DNA from: Candidatus Poribacteria bacterium | GTDB taxonomy: Bacteria; Poribacteria; WGA-4E; WGA-3G | Direction: 5' to 3' | Length of the DNA: 64,000 nucleotides | Assembly (NCBI GenBank): GCA_965207855.1 | Contig: OZ242310.1 | Coordinates: 5,128,151 to 5,192,150, forward strand | In this document: positions 41,009 through 50,428 of the stretch, piece after piece | Layout of the letters: the number at the start of each line of letters is the position of its first letter | Numbering within the stretch: the stretch's first letter is position 1 | Translations under genes and position numbers: made by a program | The notes under the pieces: model-generated | What the model saw: only the letters and a program-made list of their open reading frames with translations | Told to the model about the DNA's origin: nothing | The model's database searches: none

Positions 41009-41812
41009 CTATCCTTTTGAACAAATTTCAACCCCAAGTTGCTGCAAAACCCGTTTTGCTTCGTTTGTGTGAAAAGCACTCACAGGTAAACCAGTTAATT
41101 GGTTAACTACCCACTTGAGAGGGACTTGTTTATTTTCTATCTGCACATACCACATCTGGTATTTGGGAATATTGCGTTCTTTTGCAAGTGCAACATTTAT
41201 TCTCTCCATTATTTGTTCGGGAGTTAGTACAATTTCAATGCCCCGAAGAGATGCCCGACCTTGTTTAACAACCTCCGTATGATTATCGGGAGGTAGTGAT
41301 ACACTCTTACGTAGCCAGCTGTGAAGTTCTGCCAATTTGCATCCCATCGATCCTTGAGAAACGGTCACATTGAGATTAGTGGAAGTTACCGATTTATACC
41401 CATCTAATACCCTCAAATAGTCTCTCCCCATGCTTATGAAAAACTCTTGGTATTGTTTGCTATTTAAAATTTGATCAAGTTGGTTCAGAGTCGGTTTTTG
41501 CAATTCTTTAACTCGTTGCGGTGTCATTCGATGATCATAGTTAGGAATTCGTTCACCATCCGAAATCAATCCAAATCTTGCTGATAAAATATACACATCA
41601 AGTGATTGTTTCCCAGATGGGTGTGCACGCAGGAACTTACTCATCACCCGAAATGGCGGTCCATCATAGCGTTTTAAGGCGGGTAGTAAACCTTGATCGG
41701 AGCGTTTCGCCCTGGAACACGAGAGAATCAGCAAGCGTAGATTTGAAGAAGTTTCTTTTTTACACATTGTATTTACTATTCCAAGTTTACTATTCCAACC
41801 CGTTATAAACAT
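41009..41812 (-). CDS. hypothetical protein with N-terminal LLILSCSRAKR motif (DUF328/YaaA-like start), operonic with NurA-like/HerA/TGT-like genes
   Basis: ORF in track; true start may be the internal Met (MCKKE, about 41767); stop 7 nt upstream of the NurA-like start. Confidence 0.5.
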   Translation of the reverse strand: MFITGWNSKLGIVNTMCKKETSSNLRLLILSCSRAKRSDQGLLPALKRYDGPPFRVMSKFLRAHPSGKQSLDVYILSARFGLISDGERIPNYDHRMTPQRVKELQKPTLNQLDQILNSKQYQEFFISMGRDYLRVLDGYKSVTSTNLNVTVSQGSMGCKLAELHSWLRKSVSLPPDNHTEVVKQGRASLRGIEIVLTPEQIMERINVALAKERNIPKYQMWYVQIENKQVPLKWVVNQLTGLPVSAFHTNEAKRVLQQLGVEICSKG

Positions 41813-41920
41813 GTCGCCCCGAAATCAACGGTATGAATGCCATATGGCATTCCCCGGGGACTTGGTGGAGGGGATGTCTATTTTTCTATAGACATATCGC
41901 CCCGCTGGGACTGTCCTCAG
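41812..41920. repeat. composite REP-like repeat (same family as 21361..21470)
   Basis: TCGCCCCGAAATCAACGGTATGAATGCCATATGGCATTCCCCGGGG ... TATAGACATATCGCCCCGCTGGGACTGTCC. Confidence 0.75.
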
Positions 41921-41977
41921 TGATATTGTAACGACTTTTTCTATGAGGTATTTCAAGTAAACAGAATCGTGGAATAA

Positions 41978-42003
41978 GTCGCGAGCACAGCTCGCTCCTA
42001 CAG
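41978..42003. repeat. GCGAGC hairpin box with CTCCTACAG tail (copy 2)
   Basis: GTCGCGAGCACAGCTCGCTCCTACAG. Confidence 0.7.
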
Positions 42004-42073
42004 CAAAAAGCTGGAATTCGGGAATACCTCCTACGAGAAAACTAAACGCTCTTACTGTCTTACTAAGTCTTCG

Positions 42074-42817
42074 TTATCGATTTTGTATAATCTCAAGTAA
42101 TTGTTGCGGGTCTTGTTTGACTTGCTCAAAGACCTGAAAGCCTTCACTACATGCCGCTTCACACAGTTTTCTCAAGACGACTCCCTTTATCGACCAATTC
42201 GTGGCACGGATGGCTTTTGCCAAATTTCGTCCTGTCTCAATAACGTGGACATTGGACAAACTCTCATCAACGACACGCCTATGGCTCGGTGCGAGTAGGA
42301 AAATCAGGGGTGCTGACCGTTCAATCTCAAAGACGCGTTGTAGGGATACAATATCTTCTTGCCTCAAGAGCGAGAAAACGAGGTCGTAGCGTTCAATTAA
42401 AGCAGCTATGGACTCAGGAACGCCGGTCTCGCCGAACTCTAAGACCTCAGCGTCGTGAAGGGGTGCCATATCAAAAGGAATGATAGTGTCGTCCTCGTTA
42501 ACAGGCGTTTTTCTTTCGTCAACACGACACGCATACCACGGAAAATAAAGATCGAGCGTCGTCTCACCATACCCTTCGTGTCCGCGAATTTGTTTTAATC
42601 CGTGGCGCAATTGCGTATGCATGGGACCCGTGAACATCTCTCCAGCGGGTGCGGTGTAGTCTCTATCTTCGTGATACCACCCCTCGGCATTGTAACCGCA
42701 GAGTTCTTTTATTCTCGCCTTAAGGCGTTCCGGTGAAACGGTATCCTCACGCTGAAGAGGGTTATCGGGTTTATATTTTTGTCCGGTTGTGTAAGGACTC
42801 AAGATCAATATTTTCAT
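42074..42817 (-). CDS. hypothetical protein with N-terminal MKILILSPYTTGQK motif; flanked on both sides by REP-like repeats
   Basis: 247 aa ORF; N-terminal motif related to the start of the 41009..41812 protein; no recognisable catalytic motif. Confidence 0.5.
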   Translation of the reverse strand: MKILILSPYTTGQKYKPDNPLQREDTVSPERLKARIKELCGYNAEGWYHEDRDYTAPAGEMFTGPMHTQLRHGLKQIRGHEGYGETTLDLYFPWYACRVDERKTPVNEDDTIIPFDMAPLHDAEVLEFGETGVPESIAALIERYDLVFSLLRQEDIVSLQRVFEIERSAPLIFLLAPSHRRVVDESLSNVHVIETGRNLAKAIRATNWSIKGVVLRKLCEAACSEGFQVFEQVKQDPQQLLEIIQNR

Positions 42818-42968
42818 GTGTGAATAGTCATAAGTTAATAGTTATAAGTTATAAGTTAAGGACAAGAGGCTCTTTAACTTCAGGACGGACACAATTTTGG
42901 TTAGATGGAGATCTTTGAAAAACACAGACGTTTGGGTGGCACGGGTTGGGAAACCCAACCCCTACGCA

Positions 42969-43102
42969 GGTTTGCGGCGTACTCGCCCCGGGGAATGCCA
43001 TAAGGCATTCATACCCCGGTTCATGCCACACGGCATGAATACCGTTGATTTAAAGCCTTTATAGGCTTTATACCGTTGATTCTGATTCATGCGACGTGCA
43101 TC
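42969..43102. repeat. REP-like dispersed hairpin repeat, inverted copy of 5617..5748
   Basis: GGTTTGCGGCGTACTCGCCCCGG...GAATGCCATAAGGCATTC...CATGCCACACGGCATG...AAAGCCTTTATAGGCTTT...TTGATTCTGATTCATGCGACGTGCATC matches the reverse complement of 5617..5748. Confidence 0.8.
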
Positions 43103-43160
43103 ATGCTACAAAAGAGCAGCATGCGCCAGTCCAAAACTTATAACTGAAAACCGACAACTC

Positions 43161-44360
43161 TTATGCTTGCTGCGGTCGCTCTTGATTCCAGAGATACACA
43201 ATAGGGCTCGCGATGAAGACTGAGGAATAGGTCCCGACCAATACACCAACGATAAGTGCTAAGGCGAACGTGTTAATCTCCTCACCGGAAGTCGTGATGA
43301 TGAAGATAACCAGAACAACAAAGAGAGTTGTTAAAGAGGTAATAACCGTCCGACTGAGCGATTGGTTGATGCTTCGGTTCAGCACGGTCGTGTAATCAGT
43401 GCCGCGTAAAGTTTGTGTGTTTTCCCGAATCCGGTCAAACACAACAATCGTGTCATTGAGTGAATACCCGATAATCGTCAGGAACGCCGCCACTGTGGGC
43501 AGATTAATCTCTTTCGATAGCACAGCAAAAATACCTAAGGTAATCAGGACATCGTGGACGAGGGCGGCAATTGCCCCGATAGCGAAACGGAATTCAAACC
43601 GCCAAGAGATGTAAGCTAACAAAATAACGATCGACCAGAGCACAGACCAGAGTGCTGCCCACTTGAGATCACGCCCGACGCTGGGAAGGACTTCCGAGAC
43701 ATTGACACCTCCAACAAGTGCTTGCCAATCGTTTCCGCCTTCGAGTAGGGCATCTGTGAGGATTCTGCCGACACTCGCTTGGATTTGGACATGTGCGTTC
43801 TCGCTCAAATCAATTCCGAAGGGATTGGCAAAGGTTAACTGGATGGCGTTGCTGTCGGCAACAGTGTCGAGTGCCGTAATCTCATTGCGTTGTCGCAGAT
43901 TGCCATCAATGAGTTCAACAGTTTCCCCAACTTCCAATAGGTGCGATTTTTCAACAGCACTGCTCACCTGCAGACGCATGGTAGTCGCATCACCCGGATC
44001 CGCCATAATCGGAATATCAATCAACTGCTGCTGAAATTCCGGACGGTGTCCCATAGAGATAGACGCTTCATTTCTGCTTTCATCTATCTGTATCGCGGCA
44101 CGTTCATAACCGATTTCAGCAAGTTTGGACTGCAATTCCGCCTCTGTGACGACTCTGTTGAACTTGGCTTGAATTTTAACGCCGCCCCGAAAGTCAATCC
44201 CAAAGTTCGGTCCCTGATGGATGACGAGGAAAACCACGCCGATAACGATGATCACCGCTGATAACACAAATCCAGTGCGGTATTTGCTGATAAAATCGAA
44301 GTTTGTATTTCTGAGTAATTCCAATTCTCTGTCCTTTTGAAAAGGTGCATTTACAAGCAC
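43161..44360 (-). CDS. secF: protein translocase subunit SecF (extended periplasmic domain)
   Basis: 399 aa; six TM helices in the SecF pattern; directly downstream of secD. Confidence 0.85.
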   Translation of the reverse strand: MLVNAPFQKDRELELLRNTNFDFISKYRTGFVLSAVIIVIGVVFLVIHQGPNFGIDFRGGVKIQAKFNRVVTEAELQSKLAEIGYERAAIQIDESRNEASISMGHRPEFQQQLIDIPIMADPGDATTMRLQVSSAVEKSHLLEVGETVELIDGNLRQRNEITALDTVADSNAIQLTFANPFGIDLSENAHVQIQASVGRILTDALLEGGNDWQALVGGVNVSEVLPSVGRDLKWAALWSVLWSIVILLAYISWRFEFRFAIGAIAALVHDVLITLGIFAVLSKEINLPTVAAFLTIIGYSLNDTIVVFDRIRENTQTLRGTDYTTVLNRSINQSLSRTVITSLTTLFVVLVIFIITTSGEEINTFALALIVGVLVGTYSSVFIASPIVYLWNQERPQQA

Positions 44361-44374
44361 GCAAGGTTTTTATG

Positions 44375-46324
44375 TTAAATGCTGAGTTTTTGCACGTCCC
44401 TATTTCCGACTGACCAACCGTACATTTCGCGTGTGACGACAATCGCTGTAAACATACTTGCGAGGATACCGATACCCAGTGTTAAAGCAAATCCTTTAAT
44501 CGGACCTGTGCCAAAGTGATACAGGACGAGCGCGGTAAAGAATGTCGTCAGGTTGGCATCTAAAATCGTTATAAATGCCCGTTGATAGCCGCTTTCGATA
44601 GCAGACCAGACGGTTTTACCGGTTCGCAATTCCTCTCGAATTCGCTCAAAAATGAGTACATTCGCGTCAACAGCCATACCGATAGTGAGTACAAGCCCAG
44701 CGATACCGGGCAGCGTCAACGCTGCGCCAAATCCCGCCAAGGCACCCAGAATGATGAGCATATTAAAAACGAGGGCGGTAATAGCGATGATCCCGGATAA
44801 ACGGTAGTAGATCATCACGAAAATTAAGACCCCTCCCAAACCGATGAGCACGGCTTTAATGCCATCATCAATGGATTCTTGCCCAAGCGTAGGACCGACT
44901 GTCCGCTCTTCGGCGATCTGGACACCGACAGGAAATGCCCCGGCTTTCAGGATATTGGAAAGGTAACTGGCTTCCTCGTAAGTGAAGTTGCCTTGAATAA
45001 TGGCGTTTCCGACAATTTGGTCTTGAATAACAGGTGCGGATTGGACTCTTCCGTCAAGGAGAATCGCTAAGTGTTCACCGATATGGTCGCCCGTGACTTC
45101 CGCAAACTTGCGTCTCCCAATACTATCAAAACTCATCGAAACCACTATGTCGAAACTCGTTCTCCCAGTAGAAGGTCCCGCATCGTTGATCCGATCACCG
45201 CTCAGGAGGACTGGACTTTCTAAGACGTACCAGTTGCCTGTCTCGTAGTGGTATCGGATTTCGCTATCTTCGGGTATATTATCCGGTGGCGGTGTATCAG
45301 CAGTTCCACTCCACAAACTTCCGCCGGTTGGTGATTTTTTAACGAGTTTAAATTCGAGTCTCCCCATTGTCTTGACGATTTGGAGCGGTTTTGAGGAATC
45401 TTTGGCACCGGGGAGTTCAACAATGATTCGGGGGTGATTTGCTTCCCGACGGATAGAGGGTTCCGAAACGCCGAAGGCATCGACGCGATTTCGGAGCACA
45501 ATGAGGACCTGTTCGATCGCCTGTTCGGTATATTTTTCTATGCCTGATGTGCTGAGTTTCAACTGGTATGTAGATTGTGTTTCTGTTTCGGCTTGAATTT
45601 GTGCGTCCTCAAAAAATTCAATTTCGTTCAAGAGCCCCTCGGCTTTTTCAACATAGGCAGCCTTTTGTGTAGCATCCGCTCGGAGCCGGGACGGAATACC
45701 GACAAGCACATTCAGGATATCCTGATCACTCACCTGTTGAACATCTCGACATAAGACATCCTCGGCGCGAAGCCGTTCGGGAATAGAGAGTGCGTGTTCG
45801 CGGAGCAGTGCCGCTTTGGAGGTTTCTAAATCCACCTCAAGTACAAGGTGTACACCACCCTTAAGGTCCAATCCTAACTTTAACCGGCTATCGGGTATGA
45901 GTCGCCGGAGGGTTCCCGGTAGACTTCCGTATAGGTGCAGATTTTCAAGTGTGGCGCGTGGGTTTTGAAGAGCCTTCTCCGAAAGAAGTCGGACGTAAAA
46001 TTCGCGTGCCTCCGTGGTATCAAATTCATAATCAAGCGTTTCCTCAAGCCCCAGTTTCCTTAAATGGACCCGGAAGACATCCTGAAGTTCAAAGGTTGTA
46101 TCCTGGAAGTTGATGCCTTCGGGGTATTCGACTTCTGCGAGGTTCACTTTAAAAGCCTTATCCTCACTGACTTCAAAAGTTGGGAGTTTTTCCTGCATCC
46201 AAAGCGGTAGGTTTCCGTACAACGGATTGTAGAAATTATCCGGAGTCGGGATGAGGTATAGCGCGGCAAACACCAAAACCCCAAGGATTAAAACAATTTT
46301 CCAGACACTAAATCTGTACATCAA
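44375..46324 (-). CDS. secD: protein translocase subunit SecD
   Basis: 649 aa; N-terminal TM, large periplasmic domain, C-terminal 5-TM block with GMAVDANVLIFERIRE motif. Confidence 0.9.
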   Translation of the reverse strand: MMYRFSVWKIVLILGVLVFAALYLIPTPDNFYNPLYGNLPLWMQEKLPTFEVSEDKAFKVNLAEVEYPEGINFQDTTFELQDVFRVHLRKLGLEETLDYEFDTTEAREFYVRLLSEKALQNPRATLENLHLYGSLPGTLRRLIPDSRLKLGLDLKGGVHLVLEVDLETSKAALLREHALSIPERLRAEDVLCRDVQQVSDQDILNVLVGIPSRLRADATQKAAYVEKAEGLLNEIEFFEDAQIQAETETQSTYQLKLSTSGIEKYTEQAIEQVLIVLRNRVDAFGVSEPSIRREANHPRIIVELPGAKDSSKPLQIVKTMGRLEFKLVKKSPTGGSLWSGTADTPPPDNIPEDSEIRYHYETGNWYVLESPVLLSGDRINDAGPSTGRTSFDIVVSMSFDSIGRRKFAEVTGDHIGEHLAILLDGRVQSAPVIQDQIVGNAIIQGNFTYEEASYLSNILKAGAFPVGVQIAEERTVGPTLGQESIDDGIKAVLIGLGGVLIFVMIYYRLSGIIAITALVFNMLIILGALAGFGAALTLPGIAGLVLTIGMAVDANVLIFERIREELRTGKTVWSAIESGYQRAFITILDANLTTFFTALVLYHFGTGPIKGFALTLGIGILASMFTAIVVTREMYGWSVGNRDVQKLSI

Positions 46325-46434
46325 TCACTCCTAAGACATTAGAATAGTTGTTAGTTCAATAGCCGTCAGCCGTTAGCCGTCAGGAAGAGGACTCTGGTTT
46401 ATCAGAAAATCTTTTTACTGACAGCGACTCCAAA

Positions 46435-46507
46435 CGCGCCTGGGAGGAATCGAACCCCCGACACGAGGCTTAGGAAGCCCCTGCTCTGTCCCCTGAGCTA
46501 CAGGCGC
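46435..46507 (-). tRNA. tRNA-Arg (anticodon CCT)
   Basis: Reverse complement folds as a cloverleaf: acceptor GCGCCTG/CAGGCGC, D-arm GCTC-AGGGGACA-GAGC, anticodon stem GGGGC/GCCTC with loop TTCCTAA, T-arm GGGGG-TTCGATT-CCTCC; discriminator G; no encoded CCA. Confidence 0.85.
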
Positions 46508-46515
46508 ATATACCT

Positions 46516-47031
46516 CTAATATTTAACGAGAGAAAAAACATCGTACTTCGGAACTCTCTCTCTGCCGTTGAGCTCGGTCAATTCAACCAAAATAGCAATA
46601 CCGACGATGTGTCCTTGTAGTTTTTCGATGAGACGAACAGATGCCATAAGCGTTCCACCCGTCGCTAAGAGATCGTCACATATCAGCACTTTACTATCTT
46701 TCGGGAAGGCATCTCGATGAATTGCGATCGTATCACTACCGTATTCAAGATCATAAGTGACCTCATATTTATCAAAGGGTAATTTCCCGCTTTTCCGAAT
46801 GGGGACAAAGGCAGTGCCGAGCCGGTAGGCGAGAGCAGAGCCAAAAATGAAGCCGCGTGCGTCTATGCCAACGACAGCATCAATCGCTTCAAACTTATAA
46901 CGGAGTGCGAACTCATCAATAACCTTATGAAAAACGGTTGGATTTCCTAAAAGTGGTGTGATGTCTTTAAATGAAACACCCGGTTTCGGAAAATCGGGTA
47001 TGTCTCGAATGAACTGCGAAAAATCGTGCAT
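46516..47031 (-). CDS. apt: adenine phosphoribosyltransferase
   Basis: 171 aa; PRPP-binding VLICDDLLATGGT. Confidence 0.9.
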   Translation of the reverse strand: MHDFSQFIRDIPDFPKPGVSFKDITPLLGNPTVFHKVIDEFALRYKFEAIDAVVGIDARGFIFGSALAYRLGTAFVPIRKSGKLPFDKYEVTYDLEYGSDTIAIHRDAFPKDSKVLICDDLLATGGTLMASVRLIEKLQGHIVGIAILVELTELNGRERVPKYDVFSLVKY

Positions 47032-48134
47032 TATGTCCCTTTCTCCTCCTGATGCGGGTGTATCATAATTTTCATTCCTTTTCTGGATTCCATTGCCTCA
47101 AACGCTTTGTCGATCTCAACGAGCGGAAAGTGGTGTGTGATCAGGGGTTTCACCCGCACTAACCCCTTTTCAAGGAGTCGAACTGCTAACTCATGGTGGC
47201 GCGGTACGCATCCGTGCGACCCTGTGACGAAACACTCTTTATAGTGGATAGTATTTGAGAGCACACTCATCGGTCGCATGGTTTTTGGTAACCCCCCGAA
47301 TAGATTGACATACCCGCGGTGTGCGACCATTTCAACGGCTTGTTCGTGCGCTTCAACAGAACCACAGGTCGTAACGACGATATCGGGGCCCTCGCCGTCT
47401 GTTTCTTCTTTGCATCTCTCAATGACATCTTCCTCTTCGGAAGCGATGTAAGCGTCCGCCTCGTAAAACTTTGCGATCTCCATACGGAGCTTGCTCCGTT
47501 GTACACCGATGACCTTTGTGGCGCCCATAACGCGTGCGAGGTCAATCATCATACATCCGATGGGTCCGAGACCGATAATCACCACGGTTTTTCCGAGTGA
47601 CATGTTGATGAGTTCCAGCCCGTTGATGGCACACGCGAGGGGTTCAGCAAGCGCTGCTTCATCAAAACTGAGTGATGCATCGAACGGTGTAACGGGGCCT
47701 TCCTCTAAAACGAGGCGGGGGAGTTTCATATATTGCGCGAACGCCCCTGGGATTTGGTAACCAATAGCGTAGTTGATGTGGCAGTTGTTCCCAAGTCCAT
47801 CCCGACACCAACGACACTGCCCGCACGGCACATCCGCACCAATTGACACACGGTCCCCTTCCCTGACGCGCGTTACGTTTTTGCCTGTTTTAACGACAAC
47901 ACCCGAATTTTCGTGTCCGATAATCGTCGGAGGTTTAACTCTGGGGTTCCCGTGATGGAGAATGCGGACATCAGAACCGCAGATACTGACGGCTTCCACG
48001 CGCATTAAAGCGGCGTCATCGTCAATTTCGGGTTCGGGTACTTCTCTCACGCTTAAATTGTCAAGACTCTCAAGTATAGCCGCTTTCATAATTTTTAACT
48101 GTTTGCTCCTGGGCATCGTTCCACTATGTTCCAC
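47031..48134 (-). CDS. zinc-dependent medium-chain alcohol/polyol dehydrogenase (threonine/sorbitol dehydrogenase-like)
   Basis: 367 aa; catalytic Zn ligands (CGSD, GHE), structural Zn Cys cluster (CGQCRWC); NAD Rossmann GLGPIG. Confidence 0.85.
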   Translation of the reverse strand: MEHSGTMPRSKQLKIMKAAILESLDNLSVREVPEPEIDDDAALMRVEAVSICGSDVRILHHGNPRVKPPTIIGHENSGVVVKTGKNVTRVREGDRVSIGADVPCGQCRWCRDGLGNNCHINYAIGYQIPGAFAQYMKLPRLVLEEGPVTPFDASLSFDEAALAEPLACAINGLELINMSLGKTVVIIGLGPIGCMMIDLARVMGATKVIGVQRSKLRMEIAKFYEADAYIASEEEDVIERCKEETDGEGPDIVVTTCGSVEAHEQAVEMVAHRGYVNLFGGLPKTMRPMSVLSNTIHYKECFVTGSHGCVPRHHELAVRLLEKGLVRVKPLITHHFPLVEIDKAFEAMESRKGMKIMIHPHQEEKGT

Positions 48135-48237
48135 GATGGCTTTTGGTAAAGTCAGAAACCTTTCCGTAGCCTAAAGCAGGTTCTCAAACTAATCGAAAAC
48201 TTGGACAGAATGTAATGAAGCACGATTCAGATTTAAC

Positions 48238-48337
48238 AGGACTTACGCAAATTTGGTATATGCACCAAGAATTCGTTGTTTTTAACCCCCTAAATCCCCC
48301 TTATCAAGGGGACTTTAAGAGGAGGTGCGTAAGTCCT
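48238..48337. repeat. MITE-like element of about 100 bp with 11-bp terminal inverted repeats and internal CCCCCTTATCAAGGGG core
   Basis: Left end AGGACTTACGC, right end GCGTAAGTCCT (exact reverse complement); internal TTTTTAACCCCCTAAATCCCCCTTATCAAGGGG. Confidence 0.65.
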
Positions 48338-48340
48338 AAT

Positions 48341-49405
48341 TTAATGAAAATGCTCACCAGACGGATGAAGCAAAACTTTTGCGTAAAATTCACGCTGGTC
48401 TCGCATTTTATGTAACATGTCGGAACTATCCCTTAAAGGTACTTTATGGGTTATCAGGGGCGCGAGCGTTAGCATGTTAGAAGCCATTGCTTGAAGTACA
48501 GTCCGCCAGTCATCGTCGTTGCCTGCGGCACTATAATCGGAATTCCAAGTCCCGAAAACACTCACCTCACGCCGCATTACTTGCGATATAAGCGTCGCCG
48601 GTAGGGTTACATCCGCAGCAGGATTACCGAGCAAAACAACGCTGCCCGCACGTCCGGCACTACTGAGCGCATGCTGATAGGTGGCGGGAACTCCCGCAGC
48701 CTCAATACAGATATGCGCGCCCTTTCCGTCAGTATGTGTCTCTATAATCTCAACCGGCTCCCCAACTAAAGTATTAAATACCTTATCAAAACCGAGTTGT
48801 TTCGCCAGTCGGAGTTTCTCCGCGACAATATCAAAGAGAAATATCTCCGCTGCGCCCATTATTCTTGCCCACTGGGCAGTCATCAACCCGATAGGTCCGG
48901 CACCAAAGATGGCAACAGTCTTTCCAGCAAGCGAGGTTTGAACGCGACGGAGTGCGTGTAGTGCGACTGCAGCGGGTTCTGTCATCGATGCTTCTTCGAG
49001 TGTCACGCCTTGCGGAATAGGAATTAAATTTTGCTGGGGCGCGACGACATATTCAGCGAAAGCACCATCACTGCGCGAACCGAGATAGTCGTAGTCATGA
49101 CACTGGACATACTTTCCCTGTTCACACGCCGAACATTTGCCGCACCAGAGCAGTGGAAAGACGGCAACAGGATCGCCGGGACTTAACTCTTCAACGGCGG
49201 GACCACACGCGTCAACAATACCCGCAAATTCATGTCCGCAGATCGTGGGAAAACTATAGGTGCCTTTGACAAAAATTCTCGGAATATCCGAACCGCAGAC
49301 CCCACAGAAACCGATTCGGACGCGGACCTCTCCGTCAGCAAGATGTGGCACGGGCACCTGTTCTAATCGTAAATCTCCAATTCCGTGAAGAACCAGTGCT
49401 TCCAT
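48341..49405 (-). CDS. zinc-dependent medium-chain dehydrogenase (second MDR paralog)
   Basis: 354 aa; CGVCGSD, GHEFAG, CGKCSAC Zn motifs; GAGPIG Rossmann. Confidence 0.85.
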   Translation of the reverse strand: MEALVLHGIGDLRLEQVPVPHLADGEVRVRIGFCGVCGSDIPRIFVKGTYSFPTICGHEFAGIVDACGPAVEELSPGDPVAVFPLLWCGKCSACEQGKYVQCHDYDYLGSRSDGAFAEYVVAPQQNLIPIPQGVTLEEASMTEPAAVALHALRRVQTSLAGKTVAIFGAGPIGLMTAQWARIMGAAEIFLFDIVAEKLRLAKQLGFDKVFNTLVGEPVEIIETHTDGKGAHICIEAAGVPATYQHALSSAGRAGSVVLLGNPAADVTLPATLISQVMRREVSVFGTWNSDYSAAGNDDDWRTVLQAMASNMLTLAPLITHKVPLRDSSDMLHKMRDQREFYAKVLLHPSGEHFH

Positions 49406-49477
49406 GTTTTTAATAGTTGCCAGTTATCAGTCGTCAGTCATCAGTTAAAGAGAGATTTGAGGCATCAGCATCCTCTT

Positions 49478-50278
49478 TTAACGGCTATCCAATAACCGAT
49501 AACTATCGTTTTTTTTCCCTTCGAGTCCGAGTGCAATAGCCTGCTGCGTCCGTTGGATGTTTTCAGCGCGTGAACCTGATTTGTGGAAGACGCTACTTGT
49601 CCCGCCGACTAAGATATGGGCACCTGCGGACACCATTTTAGGGATATTCTCAAAACTGACGTTCCCGTCAACTTCAATGGGTATCTGAATCCCGTGTTCG
49701 TCCAAAAAAGCACGACATTCCGCAATCTTTCGGAGCGTTGCTGGCACCATCTTCTGTCCTGCAAACCCGGGATTCACCGTCATAATCAGGACAAAATCGA
49801 GTCGGTCAAGGACGTAATCCAATGCAGAAAGCGGGGTTGCTGGATTCAGCGCAGCACCTGCTTTGATGTTGGACGCTTGAATTATGGATAACGTTCTATC
49901 AAGATGTGTCGCTGATTCAACGTGAACGGCTATCTGTTGCACACCAATTTCCGAGACTGCTTCAACAAAGAAATCGTTATTTTCCACCATAAGGTGAATG
50001 TCAAAATCGGTGTCTGTTTTCGTGCGTAGCTGCTGAATAAGCGCGAGTCCAATCGGCATATTCGGGACGAAATGCGCGTCCATCAAATCGAAATGTAGCA
50101 TGTCAACGCCAGCGGTTTCTAATTCTCGAATATCGGCTTCTAAGTTGCACAAATCTGCACACATCACCGACGGTGCGATTTGGATGTGCGGTTTTGAAGA
50201 TGCTGGACTTTCAACAGGCAAGATAACACTCCCAGTGTCCAAAATTCTGTCTTTATTATTCTTAAGATAGACTTTCAA
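49478..50278 (-). CDS. ribulose-phosphate 3-epimerase family protein (N-terminally extended)
   Basis: MCADLCNLEADIRELETAGVDMLHFDLMDAHFVPNM matches the Rpe/AlsE N-terminal signature; about 35-aa N-terminal extension. Confidence 0.75.
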   Translation of the reverse strand: MKVYLKNNKDRILDTGSVILPVESPASSKPHIQIAPSVMCADLCNLEADIRELETAGVDMLHFDLMDAHFVPNMPIGLALIQQLRTKTDTDFDIHLMVENNDFFVEAVSEIGVQQIAVHVESATHLDRTLSIIQASNIKAGAALNPATPLSALDYVLDRLDFVLIMTVNPGFAGQKMVPATLRKIAECRAFLDEHGIQIPIEVDGNVSFENIPKMVSAGAHILVGGTSSVFHKSGSRAENIQRTQQAIALGLEGKKNDSYRLLDSR

Positions 50279-50428
50279 ACGAAGCCTTTAAGCCTTTAAT
50301 AGTATAGCATAAAACGAAGAATTTGTCAAATTTTTGAATAGGGAAATAGAGTGTTTAGTTGTCAGTTAACGTGAGTTTGATAAAGATTGCCACTTGTAGC
50401 GCACACTTTCAGTTTGCGCCGTATCGCT

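Noticed and set aside
41002-41079. Long N-terminal extension of the NurA-like ORF overlapping the upstream gene by about 70 nt.
   Set aside because: The internal ATG at 41001 has a strong GGAGG RBS and lies 7 nt after the upstream stop, which fits translational coupling. The extension is probably not translated.
42925-42945. TGGCACGGGTTGGGAA as a sigma54 (-24/-12) promoter for the operon next to the EBP.
   Set aside because: It is on the wrong strand for the minus-strand genes, and the GG/GC spacing does not match TGGCAC-N5-TTGC.
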